Made by a program: the position numbers and the translations under genes. The notes under the pieces are model-generated. The model was not told the origin of the DNA, made no database searches, and saw nothing but the letters and a program-made list of their open reading frames with translations. DNA of 64,000 nt from Tagaea sp. (GTDB lineage: Bacteria > Pseudomonadota > Alphaproteobacteria > CACIAM-22H2), in contig CBDIIB010000005.1 of the NCBI GenBank assembly GCA_965279525.1, positions 96,001 to 160,000 of the forward strand. The letters run 5' to 3'. Positions 47,503 to 55,267 of this stretch are shown here, in pieces (position 1 is the stretch's first letter; every line of letters begins with the position of its first letter).

Positions 47503-49986
47503 CTAGACCGCCCGCGCGAGCGGCCCGCTGACCAGCGTCTCGAACGCGCGCGCCATCCGGCCGGCATCGATCCGCGACTTGGCGCGCAGGCGCGCAGGCT
47601 CGCCGGCGCGCAAAGCGGCCAGTTCGCCGGGCGACGCGGCCAGCCGAACCGCTTCGGCCACGAACGATCCGTCGCTTTCGTGCGCGAGGCCGGGCCGTCC
47701 CGTCGCCGCCGCGAGCCACCGTCCGATCCGGCCGAGGCTGGTCGGCCCGACCCGGCTCACGACCGGCATGCCCAGGTGCAGGGCTTCGAACAGCGTCGTG
47801 CCGCCTGCGACCGGAAAGGTGCCGAGCACGATGTCGATATTCGAATAGCCGGCGAGATAGCCCGGCCAGCCGAAATGGTAGCGGATGTCGACGCGCGCGG
47901 GATCGATTCCGCAACGCGCGAACTGCGCGCGCACGCGGGCCGTCGCCGTCGGCTCGTCGGCCAGGCCGTTGCCCAGATAGAGACGCGAACCGGGTACGGC
48001 ATGCAGCACCGTGGCCCACAGCGCCACGCAAGCGTCGCTGATCTTGTAGAGGTTCGACAGCGATCCGAAGGTCGGATAGCCGTTCGCCAGCATCGGCGGC
48101 GGGCCGACGGGCGGCAGGCGCATGCCCTGCCCTTCCCAGGTCTCGGGTGCGAACACGTAGAGATCGCCCGGCAACCGCGCCAGACGGCCCGGGAAAGCCG
48201 CGTCGAGTTCCGGCGGATAGAGCGTGTCGGGTCCGATCGCCGCGTCGAAACAGGGATCGAGACTGGGTCCCGACATGTTGAACCAAGTCGCCTGCACCGG
48301 TGCCGGCCGATGGGCCACGCATGCCGGCGAATAGGGGGCGAGCGAGTCGTCGAGATCGACGAGCACGTCGAGTTCGCGCGCGGCGAGCGCTTCGTGCGCC
48401 TTCGTCCACGCCGGCGGCCTGTCCGCCGTCTCCGGCGACAGGACGCCGAGCTCGCGCACCGCGATCCGCGCCGGCAGCGCCTGGCGGATGTTGTCGAGCC
48501 GGTCGCCGAACAGCGACAGCAGCTCGATCTCGAGCGGGCCGTCGGCAAGTGCATGCAGGAACGGGATCATCAGGGCGGTGTAGTTCCGCGAGCCGAAGCA
48601 GCCGCTGACGAAACCCACGCGCGGGCGGGTCCCGCGCGCGGACCGCACCAGCGCTTGTGCCGGCGGGGGCATCAGGGCGCGGATGGTGCGCAGGCCCGCT
48701 TCCTTGGCCAGCGCCACGCTGCGGTCGTCGGCCCCGGTCGCGTACATTTCGAGATTGAGGACCAGACTCGCCACGCGCGGCGGCGGCGGCCCGTCGAAGC
48801 GCACGGCGCGCAGCGTGGCAAGCGCGCCGTCGATGTCGCCCACGCTCGACTGCGCATTCGACACATGCAGGGCGGCCCAGAGCCGCGCGTTGGGATCGCT
48901 TGAGCGCGCCAGCACGTCGCACATCGCGCCCACGCCTTCGGCATCGGCAAGCGAATAGACGACGCGCAGGATCTCGTTGGACAGTTCCGCATCGTCCGGG
49001 CGCGCGGCGACGAGTGCCAGCAGCACGTCGCGGTACGACCGCCGGGAACTTCCCGGGCTGGCGCGCAGGACGCGCAGCAGCCGCGCGCGCACGACCGGGT
49101 CGTCCGGTGCCCGGGCAAGGGCGGCGGCGGCCGGCCCCAATGCCGGCAGGTCGGGCGCGCACCGTGCCAGACAGAAATCCCGCAAGGCCGCGAAGGCGGC
49201 GGCCGGCGCTTCCTGCAGGACGATGTGTCCGGCCTGCGACAGCCGCAGCACGGCGAGGTCGTCGGGCACGCACGCGGCCGCGCGCGTCTCGTCCTCGCGC
49301 GTGAACAGCGCCGTCTGTTCGGTGCCCGTGTCGCCGTCCAGCCGCCCGCCCGTGAGGACGAGCACCCCGCCCGTCGCCGCGACATCGCCAAGGCGCCGCC
49401 ACCAGGCGTCGGGGTCGGCCTCGCGGATGAACCCGTCCCCTTCCATGTACGCCTCGAGGAACGCGTTGGCCCGGTAGCCGGCGATGCCCTTGCGCAGATG
49501 CGCGCGCGCATGCAGCTGTGCGGCGAGGGAAAGCGGCGGATCGACCAGCGCGAATCCGCGCACGCCGGCGAAATCCGGCCGGGCGGCCGCCGCCAGCGCC
49601 ACGATCCCGCCGAACGACTCGCCCAGCAGCAGGACCTCGCGGCCGGCGAGTTCCGCCGCGACGAGATCGGCGACATGGGCCGCGAACACCTCGACGCGCG
49701 CCGACACGGCGGGGCCGCTGCCGTTGAAGCCGGGCATGTCGACGAGCAGCAGGTCGAACGAGTCGGCGAGAAAGCGCGCGACATCGAACAGCGCCGTCGA
49801 CGGACGGAACGTGCCGGCGATGCCGACGATCGCCGGGCGTCCGCGGCCGGCCTTGCCGGTCACGAGAAAGCCGCAGGTCGTCCGTCCGTCGGCCTCGGTG
49901 CGGACCGGACGGATCCATGCCCGGCCGAACGGGACAGGCTGTGCGCGGGCCCGCCGGTCCGGCCTTGGATTCGCGACCTGATGCAA
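47503..49986 (-). CDS. Alpha/beta-hydrolase fused to a GT41 (OGT/SPINDLY-like) glycosyltransferase (start uncertain; TTG 49986 has an SD)
   Basis: DMPGFNGS, GESFGG and AGH (hydrolase); RVGFVS, LDVLVDL, RPAPVQATW, TFGSLSNLYKIS and DIVLGTFPVAGGTTLFEALHLGMPVVS (GT41). Confidence 0.8.
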   Translation of the reverse strand: MHQVANPRPDRRARAQPVPFGRAWIRPVRTEADGRTTCGFLVTGKAGRGRPAIVGIAGTFRPSTALFDVARFLADSFDLLLVDMPGFNGSGPAVSARVEVFAAHVADLVAAELAGREVLLLGESFGGIVALAAAARPDFAGVRGFALVDPPLSLAAQLHARAHLRKGIAGYRANAFLEAYMEGDGFIREADPDAWWRRLGDVAATGGVLVLTGGRLDGDTGTEQTALFTREDETRAAACVPDDLAVLRLSQAGHIVLQEAPAAAFAALRDFCLARCAPDLPALGPAAAALARAPDDPVVRARLLRVLRASPGSSRRSYRDVLLALVAARPDDAELSNEILRVVYSLADAEGVGAMCDVLARSSDPNARLWAALHVSNAQSSVGDIDGALATLRAVRFDGPPPPRVASLVLNLEMYATGADDRSVALAKEAGLRTIRALMPPPAQALVRSARGTRPRVGFVSGCFGSRNYTALMIPFLHALADGPLEIELLSLFGDRLDNIRQALPARIAVRELGVLSPETADRPPAWTKAHEALAARELDVLVDLDDSLAPYSPACVAHRPAPVQATWFNMSGPSLDPCFDAAIGPDTLYPPELDAAFPGRLARLPGDLYVFAPETWEGQGMRLPPVGPPPMLANGYPTFGSLSNLYKISDACVALWATVLHAVPGSRLYLGNGLADEPTATARVRAQFARCGIDPARVDIRYHFGWPGYLAGYSNIDIVLGTFPVAGGTTLFEALHLGMPVVSRVGPTSLGRIGRWLAAATGRPGLAHESDGSFVAEAVRLAASPGELAALRAGEPARLRAKSRIDAGRMARAFETLVSGPLARAV

Positions 49987-50111
49987 TCGAGCCCCTTCAT
50001 CCTGCAGCGCTTCCGAAACGGCAACGCCAGACGCGGATGCTAGGGTGGAAAGCAACCTACAATCAGTTCATAAAAATTCTTTACTTAAAAGTTGTATATG
50101 CATGATATTTC

Positions 50112-50189
50112 TTGAAGTTGTATTCACGGAGTTCTATGTTGGTTCCCATCCGGTCGTGCAAGCGGCCGGTGCGCTGTTTGACAAGTGAA
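50112..50189 (+). promoter_or_regulatory. Sigma70 promoter plus boxB-like GNRA hairpin and boxA-like element
   Basis: AT-rich upstream; TTGAAG(50112)-17 nt-TATGTT(50135); CCGGTCGT-GCAA-GCGGCCGG (50150-50169); GCTGTTTGACAAGTGAA (50173-50189). Confidence 0.6.
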
Positions 50190-50330
50190 AATGACTGTGT
50201 CGGACCCTTGCAACGGTTGCGCCGGGCGCGGTTGCAGTAACATCCGTTGAACTTCAACGGGATAAATACGCTACCGTTGCAGGTTGTAACGCGTTATGGG
50301 TCGACGCACTACAAAACAGCGCGAAAAAAC
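50147..50330 (+). ncRNA. Candidate structured non-coding RNA of unknown family
   Basis: Nested complementary segments 50171-79/50314-22, 50197-207/50298-307, 50209-17/50273-81 and 50244-50/50254-60. Confidence 0.5.
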
Positions 50331-50408
50331 GCGCCGAGGTTACCTTCGTTCCGAATCAAGCGGTTAAACAGGTTACCGTCGCCTGTCGTAACCTGATGAT
50401 TTGCGGGT

Positions 50409-52013
50409 CTAGAACGTCGCCACCTGGCCGTCGCTGCGCGGGTCGGTCGCCCCTTCGAGCAACGCTTGGCCGCCGTCCTTGGCGGGCGTGCGCACGATCA
50501 TGCCGGCGTGGCCCATCAGGTCGGTGAAGTCGGGGGCGACTTCCAGATCGTGGCCCATGCCGCGCAACGCCGCGATGGTGCCGGCGGGGAAGCGGCTTTC
50601 GAGGCGCAGCTTCGTGGTGGCCGTTCCCCAGGTGCGGCCGAGCAGCCAGCGCGGCGCCGTCACCGCTTCCTGCGGCGCCATGCCGTAGAAGGCGTAGCGC
50701 GAGAACACCATGGCTTGCGTCTGCGGCTGGCCGTCGCCGCCCATCGTGCCGTAGACCATGCCGCGCCCGTCGTCGAAGCGCGCCATCGCGGGGTTGAGCG
50801 TGTGGAACGGCTTGCGGCCGGGACTGAGTTCCTGTGCCGCCCCCTTCTCCAGCGAGAACGACGTGCCGCGGTTCTGGAACAGGATGCCGGTGTCGCGCCC
50901 GACCACGCCCGAGCCGAACTCCCAGTAGATCGACTGGATGAAGCTCGCCATGCGGCCTTGCGCATCGATGCAGCCCATCCAGATCGTGTCGCCCTTCTTG
51001 GACGGCTGCGGCCACGGGGCGGCGAGATTCGGGTCGAACTCGGCGGCAAGCCTGGCGATGCGTGGCTCGGCGAGCAGGCTCTGCGCCTCCACATCCATGA
51101 AGGCCGGGTCCTTGACGTGCCGGTCGCGCACGCGGAAGGCAAGCTTGGTCGCCTCGACGAGCGCATGCACGTATTGCGGGCCGTCGCACGTTTCGGGTTT
51201 GAAGCGCGAGAACAGCGCCAGGATCAGCAATGCCGCCAGCCCCTGCGTGGGCGGCGTCATGTTGAAGAGCCGGGCGCCGGGCACGCCGACGGTCAATGGT
51301 GTTACCAGTTTGGCCTTGTGCCGGCGGTAGTCGTCGAGCGTCACCGGGCTGCCGGCGCGCGCAAGATCGGCCGCGATCGCCTCGGCAAGGCCGCCGCGAT
51401 AGAAGCTCTCGGTGCCCTCGCGCCCGATGCGGCGCAGCGTCTCGGCCAACGCCGCCTGCACGAAGCGCGTGCCCGGCTGCGGCACGGTGCCGCCCGGCAG
51501 GAACGCGGCGGCGAAGCCGGGGGCGGCCTCGCACTCCGCGCGTTTCTCGGTCGTGAAGCGCGTCTGGCTTTCGGTCGCGGGGAAGCCGTTCGCGGCGTAG
51601 AAGGCGCCGGGTTCGACGAGGCGCGAAAGCGGCAGCTTGCCGCCCAGCGTGCGCGACATCTCGAACGCCGCCCCCCAGCCCGACACGGTCCCGGCAACAG
51701 TGTTGGCCGCAAGGGGCCCGCGCGACGGGATCGTCTTGTGGCCCTGCTTCTTGTACCAGTCGGGCGAGATCGCGGAAGCCGCCGCCCCGCATGCATCGAT
51801 GCCCACGGGCTTGCCGTCGCCGCCATCGACCAGCCAGAAGCCGTCGCCGCCGATCGCGTTCATGTGCGGATAGACGACCGGGATCGTGGCCGCCATCGCG
51901 ATCATCGCCTCGAGCGCGTTGCCGCCCTCGCGCAGCACGTCGAGCCCGGCCTGCGAGGCCAGATGGTGGGGAGCGGTCGCCATGCCGCGATAGCCGCGCG
52001 GGGTGCTGAGCAT
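50409..52013 (-). CDS. Gamma-glutamyltransferase family protein, cytoplasmic HpxW/oxamate amidohydrolase-like
   Basis: VYPHMNAIGGDGFW; PPTQG; GDTIW (catalytic Thr); QSIYWEFGSG; PFHTLNP; GTMGGDGQPQ; DPRSDG. Confidence 0.9.
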   Translation of the reverse strand: MLSTPRGYRGMATAPHHLASQAGLDVLREGGNALEAMIAMAATIPVVYPHMNAIGGDGFWLVDGGDGKPVGIDACGAAASAISPDWYKKQGHKTIPSRGPLAANTVAGTVSGWGAAFEMSRTLGGKLPLSRLVEPGAFYAANGFPATESQTRFTTEKRAECEAAPGFAAAFLPGGTVPQPGTRFVQAALAETLRRIGREGTESFYRGGLAEAIAADLARAGSPVTLDDYRRHKAKLVTPLTVGVPGARLFNMTPPTQGLAALLILALFSRFKPETCDGPQYVHALVEATKLAFRVRDRHVKDPAFMDVEAQSLLAEPRIARLAAEFDPNLAAPWPQPSKKGDTIWMGCIDAQGRMASFIQSIYWEFGSGVVGRDTGILFQNRGTSFSLEKGAAQELSPGRKPFHTLNPAMARFDDGRGMVYGTMGGDGQPQTQAMVFSRYAFYGMAPQEAVTAPRWLLGRTWGTATTKLRLESRFPAGTIAALRGMGHDLEVAPDFTDLMGHAGMIVRTPAKDGGQALLEGATDPRSDGQVATF

Positions 52014-52083
52014 GTGCCTGCCTTTGCCTGTGCTTGCTTTTGGAGCGGAGAGGTCTACGCTTTTCCTATCGGAGGGTCCGGCG

Positions 52084-52521
52084 ATGCGCAAAGAGTTTCT
52101 GGCCGCTTTCGTGGCGCTTTTCTGGGCTTTCGCCGCCCAAGCGCAGGGCATCCCGGCCCAGCGGATTCCCGACGCCGACGGCGCCGCGATCCGCTCGACG
52201 ATCGAACGCCAGGTCGACGCCTTCCGCGCCGACGACGGCGAGCGCGCCTTCGCCTTCGCCGACGACAACATCCGCGCGATGTTCGGCGATTCCGCCCGCT
52301 TCATGGCGATGGTGCGCGAGGGCTACGCGATGATCTACCGGCCGCGCGGCTTCGTCTTCGGCGAGGCCGAGGAGCGCGGCGACATCGTGGCGCAGATCGT
52401 CGAGTTCGACGGGCTCGACGGCACGTCGGCCGTCTTCCTCTACGAGATGCGCCGCCAGCCGGACGGCGGCTTCCGCATCGCCGGCGTCTATTTGTTGCGC
52501 GCACGCCGTCCGAGCGTCTAG
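52084..52521 (+). CDS. DUF4864 secreted protein
   Basis: Signal peptide; IERQVDAFRADD..AFAFA; FMAMVREGY. Confidence 0.85.
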   Translation: MRKEFLAAFVALFWAFAAQAQGIPAQRIPDADGAAIRSTIERQVDAFRADDGERAFAFADDNIRAMFGDSARFMAMVREGYAMIYRPRGFVFGEAEERGDIVAQIVEFDGLDGTSAVFLYEMRRQPDGGFRIAGVYLLRARRPSV

Positions 52522-52558
52522 AACGGGCCACGATCTGGCACCCCGGAGATCCCTGAAC

Positions 52559-53059
52559 ATGAGCGCTGCCGACGACACCTACCGCAAGATGTTCACTGTT
52601 TCCTGGCAGGAGCTGCACCGCGACTGCAAGGCGCTCGCCTGGAAGCTCGTCGCCGGCGGCCCGTGGCGCGGCATCGTGGCGGTCACGCGCGGCGGACTCA
52701 TCCCGGCGGGCATCATCGCGCGCGAGCTGGAGCTGCGCATCATCGACACGGTCTCGATCGCCACCTACGAGGGCCAGAAGATCGGCGACGCGTCGAACGT
52801 GCTGAAGCCGCTGGCGACGTCCACGCTCGACGCACCCGGCCCGCGCTGGCTCATCATCGACGACCTGGTGGACACGGGCGCCACCGCCAAGATCGTGCGC
52901 GCGATGCTGCCCGGCGCGCACTTCGCCACGGTCTATGCCAAGCCCGCCGGCAAGCCGATGGTCGACACCTACGTGACCGAGACGAGCCAGGACACGTGGA
53001 TCATGTTCCCGTGGGATACCGAGCCGCAGTTCGCGCGGCCCATCGCGGCGGCGAAATAG
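52559..53059 (+). CDS. gpt: Xanthine phosphoribosyltransferase
   Basis: VSWQELHRDCKALAW; VTRGG; IIDDLVDTGAT; QDTWIMFPW. Confidence 0.93.
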   Translation: MSAADDTYRKMFTVSWQELHRDCKALAWKLVAGGPWRGIVAVTRGGLIPAGIIARELELRIIDTVSIATYEGQKIGDASNVLKPLATSTLDAPGPRWLIIDDLVDTGATAKIVRAMLPGAHFATVYAKPAGKPMVDTYVTETSQDTWIMFPWDTEPQFARPIAAAK

Positions 53060-53060
53060 A

Positions 53061-53813
53061 TCAGCCGCCCTCGGCGAGTTCCTCGAGGGCTTCGCGCTTC
53101 ACGATCTCGACGCGCGTCTGCTCGGGCAATGCGATCACGCCGTCCTTGCGCAGCTGCGTGAAGGTGCGGCTCACCGTCTCGATCGTCAGGCCCAGATAGT
53201 CGGCGATGTCCGACCGGCTCATCGGCAGCGGGAGCGGGCTTGCCGGCTGCCCGCGCGCGACGAGGCGGCGCGAGACCATCAAGAGGAAGCTCGCCAGCCG
53301 CTCGCGCGCGGTCTTGCGACCGAGCAGCAGCATCTGGTCCTGTGCCGCGACCAGTTCGTTGCCCGCCATCTCGAGCAGCCGGTGTTCGAGGTTGGGCAGC
53401 TCGTGGATCAGGGTTTCCATGCGCTGGCGCGGAAAGCGGCACATGCGCACCTTCGTCACCGCTTCGGCCGAATAGGCATAAGTCTTGTTGAGCGCCACGC
53501 CGAGGAAGTCGCCCGGGAACAGGAAGCCGGTGATCTGGCGCCGCCCGTCGGGCAGCAGCTTGTAGAGCTTGACCGCCCCTTCCACGACGTTCGACAGGTG
53601 CTCGGCCGGCTCGCCTTCCTGGAACAGCGTGGCGTGCGGGTCGAGGCGCACCACGGTCGTGATGGTGCGCAGGCGCGACAGCTGGTCGGGCTCCAGCACG
53701 TCGCACACGCTCGTCTCGCGGATCGCGCAGTCGTCGCACGGGGATTCGTGGATCTTGAGCCGGTCGACCGGTGCAGGCTTTGCTGCCGCTTGTCCGCGGG
53801 GCTGGATCGACAT
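53061..53813 (-). CDS. FNR-type (FnrL/FnrN-like) O2-sensing regulator
   Basis: CDDC-x7-C plus central Cys; HTH DIADYLGLTIETVSR. Confidence 0.9.
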   Translation of the reverse strand: MSIQPRGQAAAKPAPVDRLKIHESPCDDCAIRETSVCDVLEPDQLSRLRTITTVVRLDPHATLFQEGEPAEHLSNVVEGAVKLYKLLPDGRRQITGFLFPGDFLGVALNKTYAYSAEAVTKVRMCRFPRQRMETLIHELPNLEHRLLEMAGNELVAAQDQMLLLGRKTARERLASFLLMVSRRLVARGQPASPLPLPMSRSDIADYLGLTIETVSRTFTQLRKDGVIALPEQTRVEIVKREALEELAEGG

Positions 53814-53919
53814 CTTTGGCGTGTCCCTTCGCATGCCGGCGAATACCCCTCGATAATGGACGTTCGGCTGGGTCGGCACAAGTGGTGAACCGTTCGGCAG
53901 CCGGCGGCGTAGAACGGAC

Positions 53920-54570
53920 ATGAAGCATTTTCCGACGATTCCGGCCCTGTCCGCCGCCCTCTGCCTCTTCGCAGCCCTGCCGGCGGCGGCCGACAGCCGC
54001 ACGCTCGCCTTCGACGTGCTGCGCGAGGGCTCGCCCATCGGCACGCATGTCGTGTCGATCCGCACCAGCGGCCCGCGCACCGAGGTCTCCATCGAGATCG
54101 ATCTCGAGGTCCGTTTCGCCTTCCTGACGGTCTACCGCTACACGCACCGCTCGCGCGAGACGTGGTCCGGCGACCGGCTCGAAGCGCTCGAGGCGGCGAC
54201 CAACGACAACGGCACGCGCACCAATGTCGCGGCGCGCGCGGCACCCGACGGGATCGCCGTCGACGGCAGCGCCGGGCGCTACGTCGCCCCCGTCGACACC
54301 TATCCGACCAGCTACTGGCGGCGCGACAAGGTCCGCCGCACGCAGCTCCTCGACACGCAGAGCGGCAAGCTCGTGTCGGTGCGCAATACGGGGCTTGGTG
54401 CGCGCGACATGCCGGTCGACGGTGCCGCACAGCCGGTCGAGGTCTATCGCGTCGACGGCGAGCTTGCCGCCGAGGTCGGCTATGCCGCCGACGGCAGCTG
54501 GGCCACGCTCGCGTTCGAGGCGCGCGGGGCGCGCATCGACTACGTCCGCCGCACGACGTCGGGCGGTTGA
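53920..54570 (+). CDS. DUF6134-like secreted protein
   Basis: Signal peptide; FDVLREGSPIGTH; YRYTHRSRETW; PTSYW; LLDTQSG. Confidence 0.75.
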   Translation: MKHFPTIPALSAALCLFAALPAAADSRTLAFDVLREGSPIGTHVVSIRTSGPRTEVSIEIDLEVRFAFLTVYRYTHRSRETWSGDRLEALEAATNDNGTRTNVAARAAPDGIAVDGSAGRYVAPVDTYPTSYWRRDKVRRTQLLDTQSGKLVSVRNTGLGARDMPVDGAAQPVEVYRVDGELAAEVGYAADGSWATLAFEARGARIDYVRRTTSGG

Positions 54571-54580
54571 TTCATATCAA
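54567..54580. promoter_or_regulatory. Perfect FNR box
   Basis: TTGAT-TCAT-ATCAA, centred about 43 nt upstream of the ATG at 54617. Confidence 0.85.
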
Positions 54581-54616
54581 GGCGGCGCTGGCCGTACGCG
54601 TCCATCCTCGGCCACG

Positions 54617-55159
54617 ATGTCCGCAAGCTCCGTCCAGCCATCCGAGGGGCCGGCCACTCCCGGCCGGAAGTTCGCCGTAAGGCATCTGCGCGGCGCCGAC
54701 GTGCTGAGCGCGTTCCCGCTCGCAAGGCTCGCCGCCGGCCACCTGACGCTTGCCGAATGGCTGCGCTTCGCCGAGGCGATGGGCGCCGAGCCGCCCGGCG
54801 CCAGGCGCACCCGCCGCGCCGCCGGTGCCCGGGTCGAGCACGGCCTGCTGGCGCTCGAAGACGCGCGCGGCTACCTGCAGGCTTTCTGCAGCTTCGCCGT
54901 GCGCCCGGATCTCGCCGCCGGGCGGCGGCTGGATATCGACAACATTGTTACCCTCGACCTGATCGACAGCGAGAGCCCAGCCGGCGAGCTTATCGGTTCG
55001 ATCGAGAAGCTGGCGCGCGACCTCGACTGCCCGGCCTTCGCGATCCGCCTGCCGCCCGGCCGGTCGGCGGCCGGTGCGGGCCGCCATGCGCTGGAAGCAC
55101 TGCTCGGGTCGACTCACGATCAGTCGGGCGTATACCGCCTCGTCGGCGCGGCGAAATAG
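54617..55159 (+). CDS. Hypothetical protein, degenerate GNAT-like
   Basis: LLALEDARGYLQAFCSF...LDIDNIV...IEKLARDLDC pattern. Confidence 0.6.
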   Translation: MSASSVQPSEGPATPGRKFAVRHLRGADVLSAFPLARLAAGHLTLAEWLRFAEAMGAEPPGARRTRRAAGARVEHGLLALEDARGYLQAFCSFAVRPDLAAGRRLDIDNIVTLDLIDSESPAGELIGSIEKLARDLDCPAFAIRLPPGRSAAGAGRHALEALLGSTHDQSGVYRLVGAAK

Positions 55160-55267
55160 CGCCCGACTTCCGGCGATCGGGGCCACTCGTCTCTTGCCCT
55201 CGCATGCTCCAAGCGCCTAGATTCCGGGCCTTGTGTGGTGGCAGGGACACAGGGTTCACGGCCATCG

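Noticed and set aside
50147-50400. rRNA remnant, 6S RNA, tmRNA, RNase P RNA or retron msr-msd
   Set aside because: No recognisable conserved sequence of these RNAs and no reverse transcriptase in the window; kept as an unassigned ncRNA candidate
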